From contig JBAZKE010000001.1 of NCBI GenBank assembly GCA_041650915.1, forward strand, positions 187,284-251,283: a DNA stretch of 64,000 bases. The letters are read 5' to 3'. Positions within the stretch are counted from its first letter, which is position 1. The number at the start of each line of letters is the position of its first letter. Shown here piece by piece: positions 28,501-38,510 of this stretch. The stretch is from Patescibacteria group bacterium (GTDB taxonomy: Bacteria > Patescibacteriota > Patescibacteriia > UBA10025 > JAHIVO01). Under the pieces are notes generated by a model. That model was not told the origin of the DNA. It searched no databases and saw only the letters and a list, made by a program, of their open reading frames with translations. A program made the position numbers and the translations under genes.

Positions 28501-31500
28501 GCCGTGCTCCAGTTCCGGCGTCGGTTGATGCGTCGGTTGCCATTCCGCCTAATCTTAATGTTGCGATCGCTACCACGGTCGAGCCGACAGGCACCGACCC
28601 GGTATTTATCGAGCCGACGGCAACGGACGGCGCGGTGACCGAAACCGGAAGCGGCGAGCTCAACGTAACGACCGATCCGCCGCCGGTGCCTCCATCGCCT
28701 GCAGTTGTCAACCATTATCCGACGTGCGGTGATGTCTGTCCAAACGGCCAGATTGGCGGCGCAATAAGCCTCAATGTTGCCGCGAGCATGGTGTACGGAG
28801 GCGGCAGCACGGTGCGGCTGTACGCATGCGCCGACGCTTCGTGTGATCCGGGTTCGCTCACGCCGGTTGCGCCCGGCGACGTGGTATTTAACGCAACGTA
28901 CGACGGCTCGTCCGTAACTAATTTTAGTATCAATTCCGCAACCACGTGGCCCGCTGACCAGAACTACCGGGTATTTTTATCCGGAGCGATCGCCGATGCG
29001 GTAAACGGAATGTTGTTATCGGGCCTCAACTGGACCGATCCGCTCGACGGTGTTTCGGGCTACACGTGGCAATTCAAGACAAAAGCTGGCGCGGGAGCAT
29101 GCTCGCTGGAATCTGTTGAAACAATTCCGCACGTGTTTTCATTGCCAGAGACGATGACCCATAATTACTACGCAAATGCCCGTTCGCTTCCGGACTCGTG
29201 CGATCCGGCGGGCCAGATCCTCGATCCAAATCCGCTCATATGGTCGTGGGATATACGCGATCCGCTCTCACGGGTGCCCGCAGTCGCCTCAGTCGACGCT
29301 TCGGCTGCCGTGCCCGCTAACCTCAACCACGCGGTTGCTACTGCAATCCACAGCACGGTAGCGGATCCCGTCTATGTACGGGCACAGGCGACAGATCCAG
29401 GAGCGCCGGTTACGCATGAGGGCGAAGGTGAGTTTACCATAACGGCAGACCCTCCGCCGATACCGCCCTCGCCGATGGTTGTGAACCACTACCCCACGTG
29501 CGGAGATGTATGCCCGAACGGCTTGGTCCGCGGCACCATTACCCTCGATGTGCTCGCGAGTTTGTCATACGCACCGGCAGGAACCGTCCGCTTGTACTCG
29601 TGTTCTGATCCCGCATGTGCACCGGGTACGATGACATTCGTCCCCGCAGCAGATATCAATTTCGTACCGACCGTCAACGGTGGCAATACTGATTTTGAGA
29701 TAAACCACAGCACCGGCTGGGCAGCGGATACGGGCTACCGCGTTTTTCTCGCCGCGGGGATCACTGATGGCGTTGAAACGCTCGCAAGCATCAATTATAC
29801 CGATCCGGCGGACAGCACTCCCGGCTACTCCTGGACGTTCAAAACAAAGCCTGGCGCTGGCGCGGTGTGCTCCCTCCAGTCCGTTGAGACCGTGCCGAGC
29901 AGCTTGATTCTTGCTGAGACTGAATCTTACAACTATTACGCAAATGCGCGTTCGCTACCAGACTCGTGCGATCCGGCAGGCCAGATCCTCGATCCGAATC
30001 CGCTCACGTGGGTTTGGGACGTCAGGGATCCGCTCCTCCGCGCACCGGTACCTGCCATAGCTGATGCGGTGCCGGCGGTTCCGCCGAATTTGAACCATGC
30101 AGTCACGACCGCGGTCGCCGGTACAGGTGCGAATCCAGTCTATATACGGGCACAGGCTACTGATCCTGGATCGGCTGTTACGCACGAGGATGAGGGCACA
30201 CTCAGCGTTTCGGCAGGGCTTCCCCCGGATCCCCAACCGCCGACCGTCATTGACCGGAACCCGCTCTGCAACGATGTCTGCCCGAACGGCTTGATCCGCG
30301 GCACGATAAGCCACGACGTTGCAGCGAGCATGGCGTACGGCTCCGGCAGTACGGTGCGGCTGTACTCCTGCTCAGACCCGAGCTGTGCCCCGGGAACTCT
30401 CACGATTGTGCCGGATGCCGACATTACCTTTACTGTGACGGTGAATGGCGGCAATACTGATTTTGAAATCAACCACGCGTCGGGGTGGACTCCTGATACG
30501 GGCTACCGCGTGTTTCTGTCGCAGGGAATCACGGATGGAGTACGGAATTTGGCGAATCCAAACTGGTCAGATCCGTTCGACGGCACCTCAGGCTACTCAT
30601 GGGTATTCAAGACAAAACCGGGCGCGGATGCATGCGTGCTTGAAACGGTGGACATGGTCCCATCGATCGCGAGCGAGCCTGCATCGGTAACTATCAGCTA
30701 CTACGCGAATGCCCGTTCACTCCCGGATTCGTGCGATCCCGCCGGCCAAATTATTGATCCCTATACGTTCACCTGGACATGGAATATCAATGATCCGCTC
30801 GCACGCGTGCCTATCGTTGCCTCTGTCGATGCGTCGACTGTCGTGCCGCCGAACTTGAACCACGCTCTCACAACTACGCTCGAGCCGACGGGAACCGACC
30901 CGGTCACCGTCGAAGCCAATGCGCAGGTCGGCGCACTCTCGAGGACGGGCAGCGGTGAGCTCAACATTACCACCGATCCGCCTCCTACTGACCCATATCC
31001 GACCGTTGTCCTTTGGTACCCCGAGTGCCAGGACGTGTGCCCCAATGCGCAGGTTGGCGGGCGGATAACCCTCGACGTGGGCGCCTCGATGTCGTATACC
31101 GCACAGAGCGATACGGTACGGCTCTATACTTGTTCTGATCCAACCTGCGGTCCCGGCACGATGACGTACGTCGGTCCCGGTATGGTAACGCTCACTGCGA
31201 GCTACATTGGCGGTAATACTGAGTTTGCCGTTAATGCACTTGCAAACTGGCCTGCCGATACGTACTACCGCGTGTTCCTTTCCCGCGATATCGTCGATGC
31301 AACGTATGGACATACGCTCGCCAGCCTCAACTGGTCAGACCCTTTTGACAGCACGCCGGGATACTCATGGACATTCAAGACAAAAGCAGGATCCGATCCC
31401 TGCGCACTCGAAACAGTCGAGACGCTTCCCCCGTACGCTTCAACGACGCTCGGTGTGAATGTCACATACCTAGCGAATGGCCGGACCTTGCCTGACTCCT

Positions 31501-34500
31501 GTGATGCAGCAGGCCAGATACTGAATCCGGCTGGCTTGTCCTGGACGTGGTCGTATAATGATCCCTTTGGCAGGCCAGGTTTGCCGCTTGCGACGGTTAT
31601 CCAGGACAGCCTCAATCATGCCCACGCGATCCCGGTTGCGCGGACAAATTTCCAGCCGGTGCAGGCAGTCGCGGGCGCGACGCAGGGCGGTCCGATTGTA
31701 TCTGGAGCCGGCAATCTTGATATACTCGACTGCACGGATAATACGTTCTGCCGCGACCACTGCTTTGCGCTTACCGGGGTGCCCAATAGCTCTACTTGTG
31801 ATCTCGCGACAGGCAGCTGCACGCCGGTTGTCACCTCTCTGGTCCAGAACCAAGGCCCGATTGATACCTCGTTCAGCGTCAACGGCTGCTACTTCGGCGC
31901 AACGAGGGATGATGGCGCGGTTATGTATTATACGGCCGCTCAACCCGGTGGAGTTGCAGCTGCCTTGCTCTGCGGTGATGTCGGCTGGTCCGACAACCAG
32001 ATCATTGCCAGCATGAGCCTCAATCCGGCTCTGTATAGCGCTGGAGATGTCGTCACGGTTTCACCGAGAACGGGAAGCATATACGGCGCCCTAAGCCCGA
32101 ATCCAGGGGATACGGAAGAATTCACCTTGAGCGATGAGTGTATCCCGGGAGTGAGCGTCCCATCCGGCGGCATGCCGATACTCTGCCAGGTTGTGCCAGG
32201 CACGGCTGCATTAGGGCAGGATATATCGCTCGATGGGTTTAATTTCGTTGGGGCGATATCCAGCGCCGCACAGTTTTATACTGGTTCCGGTGTGCCGCCC
32301 TATACGCCTGGAGTTGCCGGATCATTTGTCGCGGCTGTCCCGCCGTATGAGGATCGGTATTCAAATGTGACGGTTCCCGGAGCAGCAGTGAGCAGCGCTA
32401 CGCTCGGCGTGCGGATGCTTGTCGATAGCTGTCCATCCAATCCAGTTGGCTTTGGCGTGCGGTGCGACGACGATACTGACTGTACGGTGCCCGGATACCA
32501 GTGCTGTGCATTCGATCCGGGGCACGGCGAGAATGTTTGTTCCCTTGATGCACTGTGCAGCTCCGGCGGGCCTGGAGATCCGTGTACCGATGGCGCTGTC
32601 TGCCCGGTTGGCCCGTCGTGTATTGATCCCGCTAACTATTCATGCCTGACCGACGGTGGCGACTGTAACTGCTGCTGCGCTCCGGGGCAGGTGAGCACGA
32701 CCGGGCTCGATTGCGTGACAAACCAGGCTCCCTGTGATGGCGGCACCCGCGGGTTGTACTGCGGGTGCACGAGTGACGCTGACTGCGGTAATCCGGCAAC
32801 TATCGGCTGCTCTCCCGTGGCGCCGAACTGCTGCTACCAGCGTCCGCGCGTAGTAACCGCGCAGTCAACGCCGCTACCTGGCGCGCCAAATGTATGCCTC
32901 AACGCAGGGATGATCGTCGTATTCGATCAAGCAATGGATAACAGTACGCTTATAGCGGGTAACATTATTCTGCAGGATGTAACCGGGAGCACATCGAGAG
33001 CCATCACCGTCACTGGGATGGGGGACCGCGCCCTTGTGCATCCGGATGCGCTGCTAGAGTCAAACCACGTACATAGGATTGTCATACTCGGACAGCCCCT
33101 CGGGGGGGTTCGTTCTGCACGACAGATTGCCTTGGCCGGCGCGGGTTTAAACTATGATTATAATTCAGACGGTGTCCTCGACAGCTTCGCGTGGACGTTC
33201 ACGACCCGGTTGAACACGTGCGCTATTACTGGATACTATATGCGGGCAGGCTGGGCCACTGGATCGGATTTTGATCCGCGGGTAACTCCCGTCAGCTTCA
33301 ATTGCGCTCACGATACGTGCTTCAACGACCGCAATACAACACATCCAGGCAACAATATTCACGTCTATGCCTACCCGCTCGATGAGAACGGCAACTACGT
33401 TGCCGATTCAATCATTTCCTGGTCAGAATTTGATCCGTCGAATGCCCTGCTTTTGGAAGATCCGGTTTTTCCTCCTGATCCGCCGTCCCCGAATGGCATC
33501 AACCACTATCTGACTGCGCAGAACAGCACTGGCATGGTAACCGTTACTGTAACGGCAAACTCTCCGTCGTCCGGCACCTACAGTGAGAATTTTGAGGTCA
33601 ACGTCGACCTCTGTACCGCGCCGTGGCCTGATGTGTGGGCAGGAGATGACTACCCATTTGTGGATGATACCGGCAATCCCACCCACGAAACACAGTTTTC
33701 CGTGTCGTACTGCCGTGAACCGGGAGGGCTGCCCCTGCTCAATTCGCCGTCCGTTGCGATCATTGATGAGAATGTTCCGAGTGAGCCGGGGAGAGATGAG
33801 CTCCTTAAAGAATTTTTCTTCCTCAGGGCTGGCATAGCTGATGCGATCGGCATCCGGGTCATGGAGAATGAGGGCGGAAAATCGCCTCGCGACTGGTACT
33901 TTCAGCAGTTTGGGCCGTCCGCTCCTGAGCCGCAGGCGCTCACTATCGACGGGTATCCGGCAGTCCGGTCCGGCAGGACGGTGTACGTGACCGCGTGGAA
34001 TGTTGATCTCGGCACCGGTATCATATACCCGAACGTCTACCTCATGTCGTACAGCGACGGGGCATCTGCTGAGACGATTGAGATATACAACAGGATGCTC
34101 GCAAACTGGCGCTTTAATGCGAACCTCACCGCAACTGAAAAAGCGCAGCTTCAGCGCGATATGAAACGCGTGAGCGACCTGAGCGATATCTTCAACAAAC
34201 TCCTCGACTATAAGGCGGCGCATGGCACGTTTCCACTGCTCGAGGGGGGGACTTTTATCAACGGGGTCAGCACGTCGCGGTGGCCATCATGGCAGGAAAC
34301 ACTCGGCGCCGCAGCGGGGATTACGCTGCCGGTGGATCCGCTCAATAACCTGTCTCCAATCACCGCATGCCCGTCGCCGCCATTTGACCAGCAGACCTGC
34401 TGGGATGATGCCGGCAAAGTGTACGTTACCCCGGCCAGTTCACACATCTATTTGTACCGCGCCAGTTCGAGCGGGGACGTCGCGAATCTGTACGCGCGCC

Positions 34501-36749
34501 TTGAGCGTATCTGGTACGATGGCGGTGTAGACTTGTTCATGTGGGCCGGAGCGCCGGTCTTCAACCCGTGCGTTGGCATTCCCAATGCTACGTGCAATGC
34601 CTTCAACTACGCGCACCTCCTGTCGGGGAGCGCAAGCGACCATACGCCGCCGGTTTTCTTGTGGGCGCACGCGGATGGCTTCACGTTCCTTCCCGATGTC
34701 GGGCCGCCACCGCCGACCCTCCCGGGAGTCAATCCGCTGATTACAGCTTCGTTTATTGACGATATGGAGCTTGCGTATGCTGAGTTTTACATTGACGGGA
34801 TTCTCCGCCATACGTCACCGGTGGAAGCAGGCTTCTTCTACCAGTGGGATGGGTTTGTGCAGACAGATTTTTCCGAGCAGGTGCATAATTTTATGATCAG
34901 GGGCTACGATACTGCGGGCAACTATTCGGATGCGAGCGCGGACATCCAGATCACGCACAATTTCGGAGATACGACCCCGCCCTTTATACAGTTCATTAAC
35001 CCTCTCGATGGCACTACGGTATCGGGCACGGTTCAGGTCCGGGTAACGGGCAGTGATAACAGGCAGATCACGTCATTCCAGCTTGATGTGACTTGCACGG
35101 GCGGCCCTTCGTTCGGGCCCATACCGCCAGTTCCGAATCCGCATACGATTTCGTACAGTTGGGATACGACATCCCAGCCAAACGGCCCCTGCTCGCTCGA
35201 GGCGACGATCTATGACGGCACAAATCCGCCTGTCGTCGCAGCGGTTACCGTGAATATCGATAACCAGGATACGGTTGAGCCGGCCGTAACCCTGACGAGC
35301 GCCCCGGGAACGTGCGCTGCCGACGGTGCAGCCTGCAATATCAGCGTGCCGTGCGCGAACACGGTATGCGACGGCGGATCGAATGACCGCGCCGCCTGTT
35401 CCGGTCCGGCTGATTGCGATACGGGCATCCCGTGCACGCCAATCTGCGAACGTTCGGGTGTCGTTCCGGTCCAGGTAACGGCGACCGATAACCAGGCGGT
35501 CACGAGGGTTGATTTCCTTGTCGATGGCATTGTGCAGGACCAGGGAACGGAGATCGGGCCAAATACCTATGAGTGGCTATGGGATACGCGGATTTACTCG
35601 AACGGCGACCATACGCTCTCGGTGAATGCCTACGATGCTTATAGTAACAGCGGCGGTTTGAGCGTCCAGTACCGCCTGTGGAATGCCGAGCAGGATTCGG
35701 TCCCGCCAACCGTGTCTTTCGTTTCACCTCCGACCCCGGTTTACGGCTCGTCGGTCGATAATACGATAACGGTTGAAGTTGATGCTCTCGACAATCCGGG
35801 CGGTTCAGGCGTGCAAAGGGTTAACTTTTACCTCGATTACGTCTGGAAAGCTGCGGATGCGACAGCCGGGCCGTATTCATGGAACCTCGACACGCTTCCC
35901 ATCTCCGATGGCTGGCACAGAATCCAGGTTGATGCGGTCGATAACAATGGCAACCGCAGCGAGAGCATAGAAATACGGGTTGAGGTTCGCGGCACGGGGG
36001 GTCCGCTCATAACGTATGCGCTCGTGACGCCCTGCAGCGGCGGCCAGTTTACGCCGTTCAACTTTACGGCTGTCGTGACGGATCCGGATGGCGTGAGCAG
36101 GGTGGAAGCGATCATCCAGCAGCCGGATAATGTTCCGATTGACCGGTCTACCATGACTGATGCCGGCCTGGATACGTACATCGGATCTTGGAATTCCGGC
36201 ATCCACGAGGGGACATTCTTTGTTGATATTGAAGCCGAAGACGCGGCAGGGAATATTAGCTGGCTCGATAACATTGAGTGCACGGCAGTGCCCTGTGCCG
36301 TGAACGGAGATGCGTGTAGTGCCGCTTCGGACTGTTGCAGCGGTTACTGTGGCGGCGGCGGCATCTGTGCAGAGCCACCCGCCTGCCTGCCGAATGGGAA
36401 TGCATGTACGGCTAACGGGGATTGTTGCAGCAACTACTGCGATAGTGGGGGGTCGAACCAGTGTGAAGACCTGCCCTCACCCCCGACATGCCCTGACGGG
36501 AATTGTGATGTAGGCGAGGATCCGGATACATGCCCTGCTGATTGCGGGAGCAATTGGTCGGTGTACCTGTGCCATACTCAATTTGGGGAAGTACACGTGA
36601 TCAGCTCGTGGTGTGATACATCCGCAGCTTGCTCTAATCCCGGACCGCCACGGTGGGAGTGCGAAGCATCCGATCCGGCAAATCATGCGTGTCTCAATCC
36701 CGCAAGCCCCGTGGTGTGCTGCATGGTTGATGTAAACTGTGCAATATAG
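25581..36749 (+). CDS. Giant (3722 aa) surface protein: VirB2/TrbC-like pilin head, Ig-like and IPT domains, five tandem repeats, Cys-rich modules, PsbP-like and pseudopilin-like domains
   Basis: Single uninterrupted ORF; signal peptide ending VHA-QA; FLGLIAVIMILYGGFLWMTARG...AKKVIQRAIIGLIIVLLSW; repeated Ig strands (ISFNEAID, YSWTFKT); RDMKRVSDL..LPVDP. Confidence 0.9.
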   Translation: MGIENKKSFLRGFSASLIVGAFLLLPLFFGMSNPVHAQAGVSGELGATFGLGTADLMSTVISIVQWFLGFLGLIAVIMILYGGFLWMTARGDVARIDKAKKVIQRAIIGLIIVLLSWSIVTFIYKVVSDATSTPPLPAHCSDGIQNFDETGVDCGGVDCLPCGHILPTDDFEWDENETSFASGGDYATDVNRCSRIQALFNHNVDQASVDALWAPDNSGEIFVEGFTPVGSVEWVTSGKMLTFKHDDDLLGSDLGPVGYRLWMPKAVRDTDGSGILLETISTGVSGEGTNPHGGGTPNDAFYWDFQTGTEIDDVMPTITDTYPISDLASPWYPDQSVVRAPEIEISFNEAIDATTIYGAGGHPIAGNFVLEELASFGGAVVGTVPDANLGVEMMAQGFRIRMVPPNLLESWTWYRITIDHIEDLCGNPMPGPYVWEFQTTDLAPGVSGYYPTGSSECPDVIPTIVFNTQMFSDLVHIEINGSDGSQYIAEMRPSNINPASNPNFILGTLPGSPNMGYLQVADHAMPVDNRFRVFEFHPSDIVYNPVPLSTNTTYTVDVTTDKLIDVSTYLSQSWSFTTADAASCTCAPFITSISPNAGPRGECITVHGPCFQGTPANPASITSFTFVDPYDGIPGVTTATPDGSGPTYVATTLPLAFNDGDFARPQIEITYDPPSSFGTVASSNASVDYYVATPDTATGPCLFGINPSSGYHGTGVSLTGTRFNPTSSLKRVNFTGDFQTLTSWYDDWATTTVPGGAAYGINQVSIENDAGPSNKVPFEVSTIPPNEPVVINHYPICQDVCPTAQVGGTISLNVTASMLYGPASTVRLYECTDATCASLTFVPAADVVFTTSLIGGNTDFSINHSTGWAVDTNYRVVLTNAIQSSTGGYLSTVNYTDPFSGELAYSWTFKTKPDAAGCVMETVETIPPTASEPVGVHIDYVANARTAPDSCDPSGQILNANLFTWTWAVDDPLSRAPVPASVDASVAIPPNLNVAIATTVEPTGTDPVFIEPTATDGAVTETGSGELNVTTDPPPVPPSPAVVNHYPTCGDVCPNGQIGGAISLNVAASMVYGGGSTVRLYACADASCDPGSLTPVAPGDVVFNATYDGSSVTNFSINSATTWPADQNYRVFLSGAIADAVNGMLLSGLNWTDPLDGVSGYTWQFKTKAGAGACSLESVETIPHVFSLPETMTHNYYANARSLPDSCDPAGQILDPNPLIWSWDIRDPLSRVPAVASVDASAAVPANLNHAVATAIHSTVADPVYVRAQATDPGAPVTHEGEGEFTITADPPPIPPSPMVVNHYPTCGDVCPNGLVRGTITLDVLASLSYAPAGTVRLYSCSDPACAPGTMTFVPAADINFVPTVNGGNTDFEINHSTGWAADTGYRVFLAAGITDGVETLASINYTDPADSTPGYSWTFKTKPGAGAVCSLQSVETVPSSLILAETESYNYYANARSLPDSCDPAGQILDPNPLTWVWDVRDPLLRAPVPAIADAVPAVPPNLNHAVTTAVAGTGANPVYIRAQATDPGSAVTHEDEGTLSVSAGLPPDPQPPTVIDRNPLCNDVCPNGLIRGTISHDVAASMAYGSGSTVRLYSCSDPSCAPGTLTIVPDADITFTVTVNGGNTDFEINHASGWTPDTGYRVFLSQGITDGVRNLANPNWSDPFDGTSGYSWVFKTKPGADACVLETVDMVPSIASEPASVTISYYANARSLPDSCDPAGQIIDPYTFTWTWNINDPLARVPIVASVDASTVVPPNLNHALTTTLEPTGTDPVTVEANAQVGALSRTGSGELNITTDPPPTDPYPTVVLWYPECQDVCPNAQVGGRITLDVGASMSYTAQSDTVRLYTCSDPTCGPGTMTYVGPGMVTLTASYIGGNTEFAVNALANWPADTYYRVFLSRDIVDATYGHTLASLNWSDPFDSTPGYSWTFKTKAGSDPCALETVETLPPYASTTLGVNVTYLANGRTLPDSCDAAGQILNPAGLSWTWSYNDPFGRPGLPLATVIQDSLNHAHAIPVARTNFQPVQAVAGATQGGPIVSGAGNLDILDCTDNTFCRDHCFALTGVPNSSTCDLATGSCTPVVTSLVQNQGPIDTSFSVNGCYFGATRDDGAVMYYTAAQPGGVAAALLCGDVGWSDNQIIASMSLNPALYSAGDVVTVSPRTGSIYGALSPNPGDTEEFTLSDECIPGVSVPSGGMPILCQVVPGTAALGQDISLDGFNFVGAISSAAQFYTGSGVPPYTPGVAGSFVAAVPPYEDRYSNVTVPGAAVSSATLGVRMLVDSCPSNPVGFGVRCDDDTDCTVPGYQCCAFDPGHGENVCSLDALCSSGGPGDPCTDGAVCPVGPSCIDPANYSCLTDGGDCNCCCAPGQVSTTGLDCVTNQAPCDGGTRGLYCGCTSDADCGNPATIGCSPVAPNCCYQRPRVVTAQSTPLPGAPNVCLNAGMIVVFDQAMDNSTLIAGNIILQDVTGSTSRAITVTGMGDRALVHPDALLESNHVHRIVILGQPLGGVRSARQIALAGAGLNYDYNSDGVLDSFAWTFTTRLNTCAITGYYMRAGWATGSDFDPRVTPVSFNCAHDTCFNDRNTTHPGNNIHVYAYPLDENGNYVADSIISWSEFDPSNALLLEDPVFPPDPPSPNGINHYLTAQNSTGMVTVTVTANSPSSGTYSENFEVNVDLCTAPWPDVWAGDDYPFVDDTGNPTHETQFSVSYCREPGGLPLLNSPSVAIIDENVPSEPGRDELLKEFFFLRAGIADAIGIRVMENEGGKSPRDWYFQQFGPSAPEPQALTIDGYPAVRSGRTVYVTAWNVDLGTGIIYPNVYLMSYSDGASAETIEIYNRMLANWRFNANLTATEKAQLQRDMKRVSDLSDIFNKLLDYKAAHGTFPLLEGGTFINGVSTSRWPSWQETLGAAAGITLPVDPLNNLSPITACPSPPFDQQTCWDDAGKVYVTPASSHIYLYRASSSGDVANLYARLERIWYDGGVDLFMWAGAPVFNPCVGIPNATCNAFNYAHLLSGSASDHTPPVFLWAHADGFTFLPDVGPPPPTLPGVNPLITASFIDDMELAYAEFYIDGILRHTSPVEAGFFYQWDGFVQTDFSEQVHNFMIRGYDTAGNYSDASADIQITHNFGDTTPPFIQFINPLDGTTVSGTVQVRVTGSDNRQITSFQLDVTCTGGPSFGPIPPVPNPHTISYSWDTTSQPNGPCSLEATIYDGTNPPVVAAVTVNIDNQDTVEPAVTLTSAPGTCAADGAACNISVPCANTVCDGGSNDRAACSGPADCDTGIPCTPICERSGVVPVQVTATDNQAVTRVDFLVDGIVQDQGTEIGPNTYEWLWDTRIYSNGDHTLSVNAYDAYSNSGGLSVQYRLWNAEQDSVPPTVSFVSPPTPVYGSSVDNTITVEVDALDNPGGSGVQRVNFYLDYVWKAADATAGPYSWNLDTLPISDGWHRIQVDAVDNNGNRSESIEIRVEVRGTGGPLITYALVTPCSGGQFTPFNFTAVVTDPDGVSRVEAIIQQPDNVPIDRSTMTDAGLDTYIGSWNSGIHEGTFFVDIEAEDAAGNISWLDNIECTAVPCAVNGDACSAASDCCSGYCGGGGICAEPPACLPNGNACTANGDCCSNYCDSGGSNQCEDLPSPPTCPDGNCDVGEDPDTCPADCGSNWSVYLCHTQFGEVHVISSWCDTSAACSNPGPPRWECEASDPANHACLNPASPVVCCMVDVNCAI
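27942..31727 (+). repeat. Five tandem intragenic repeats of about 756-774 bp (252-258 aa)
   Basis: Units start near 27942, 28698, 29472, 30240 and 30999; each has P.C.DVCP, TVRLY.C.D..C, Y.W.FKTK and PDSCD..GQI. Confidence 0.92.
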
Positions 36750-36847
36750 CTATCAATATCAGGTGTTGATGATCCAGAGCGACTCGAGTATACTTTATTA
36801 AGGCGCAAAAAGAATTAATTTTTTAATAGTGATAAAGGAGCAGCATT

Positions 36848-38479
36848 ATGAACAAAAAAAATAAGCTGATTGGGGTTGCGGCACTGGGGGCATGCCTGGT
36901 ACTCTTTGGCTACGGGGCGTATGCCGCATCCGAAGTCGGGTCTGAACCGACGTTCGAAGTCGATACATCACTGCCCTACGGCCCCGAATTGACCGGAGGT
37001 TTTACCATCTCTCCGCCGCAGGTTGATCCTGGCCAGCCGGTCGAGTTTTCCGCGGGTGTCTACGATCAGTCAGGCGTAAAATCCGTGTACGTCGACATTG
37101 TTTCTCCGGCGACTGACACAACGCTCAAGTCAATAGAACTGCTCGACGACGGTTCGAATGATGACGGTACGGCCGGCAACAATGTTTTTGGCAGAGGATG
37201 GGATACGAGCGGGATGAGCGTCGGTGTCTATACGGTTCGGCTGAGAATGGCTGACAAGCTGGATAACCTCAATACGCAGGATGCGGGGTACATCGCACTC
37301 GGTGAAGGCGGGTGCCTGCACGACGATGAATGCACGTCACCCGAACGCTGCTGCTACGGAGTATGCGTAAGCAATGCATGCTCGACGGATGCCGACTGTG
37401 ACGATGCAGATGATGCCACGCTCGATCGCTGCAATACGGTTGATGTCTGCCCGGCGTACTGTTCAAATAACGTATTGCCATGCGTGGGCGGAGACGGCGT
37501 CTGCCCCCCGGGATGCGGTGAAGATGCGTGGGAGTGCGTCGGCGGTGACTATAATGGTATTGCGTGCGATCCCGCTGACAGCGAGAGCTGTGGCGGTCCA
37601 TCATCGGGGAGCGTCTGCACGTTGATTGAGGCTGATTCGGACTGTACGGTAGATACGACGGCACCCGTCGTGTCTGTCCAGACCCCGGGAGATTCAGAAA
37701 CAATTGATGGAAATACCTACACTGAGTATGAGGTTACCGTTACGGCATCTGATCCGGAATCGAATATCGCGCAGGTTCGCTTTTTGCTCGATGGAACTGA
37801 GCAGTCAGTATGGCTCGGCGACCCAGCTCCCGGAACGGGGCTGTATACCTGGATTATGCCTGTCGGGCCGCTCACTGAGGGGGCTCACACTATCATTGCC
37901 GAAGCAGAGAATGGCATCGGGACACTCAGCGAGGACGGGGTATCCTTTATCTACACTGCTCCTACGTCGAGCGTTGCCCCGACAGTGAGCATTACTGCCC
38001 CTGCGAACGGCGCTACGGTTACGGGAAGCACGACCGTTGATGTGACGGCGACGGATGACGGCCTCGTCAATGAGGTTAGCTTTTACCACTGCGTTGTCGG
38101 CCTGCAGGATTCTGATTCGAGCTTTACGCCCGCCTCGACGGTTAATGTAACGCTCAACTCCTGGAATGCGACAAGCACCGCAACCGCCCTGCTCGAAAAT
38201 TACATTATGCCGTTTGCCGCGTTGCAGCAGGACGTGAAGAAGTTCAAGCTGCCGTTCGTACCGGTTGCGCATGCGGCAGATGATTCGAACTGTACCACGA
38301 CAACAACGACTCGCAACTATACGCAGTGCATCTATGCCATGGCCATTGACGACGACAGCCTTGTCGGTACCAGTGCGTACGTTTACGTGACCACTCCGAT
38401 TACGACAACAACGACAAGCTGCACGACCACAAATCGCATGGACACTCCGTCTAGTGCGTCCAGCAGCTCGGCAATCTAG
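36848..38479 (+). CDS. Secreted Ig-like/Cys-rich protein
   Basis: Signal peptide ending AYA; LLDDGSNDDGTAGNNVF; Cys-rich block; two bacterial Ig domains (DTTAPVVSV, PTVSITAPANGATV); SD AAGGAG. Confidence 0.85.
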   Translation: MNKKNKLIGVAALGACLVLFGYGAYAASEVGSEPTFEVDTSLPYGPELTGGFTISPPQVDPGQPVEFSAGVYDQSGVKSVYVDIVSPATDTTLKSIELLDDGSNDDGTAGNNVFGRGWDTSGMSVGVYTVRLRMADKLDNLNTQDAGYIALGEGGCLHDDECTSPERCCYGVCVSNACSTDADCDDADDATLDRCNTVDVCPAYCSNNVLPCVGGDGVCPPGCGEDAWECVGGDYNGIACDPADSESCGGPSSGSVCTLIEADSDCTVDTTAPVVSVQTPGDSETIDGNTYTEYEVTVTASDPESNIAQVRFLLDGTEQSVWLGDPAPGTGLYTWIMPVGPLTEGAHTIIAEAENGIGTLSEDGVSFIYTAPTSSVAPTVSITAPANGATVTGSTTVDVTATDDGLVNEVSFYHCVVGLQDSDSSFTPASTVNVTLNSWNATSTATALLENYIMPFAALQQDVKKFKLPFVPVAHAADDSNCTTTTTTRNYTQCIYAMAIDDDSLVGTSAYVYVTTPITTTTTSCTTTNRMDTPSSASSSSAI

Positions 38480-38510
38480 CTTGTGCGAGTGGTAAAGGAA
38501 AATTCACGTA

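Noticed and set aside
27942-31727. Repeats as a CRISPR array, mobile element or DGR template
   Set aside because: They are long in-frame coding repeats with synonymous divergence; no spacers, cas genes, reverse transcriptase or adenine-specific variation seen
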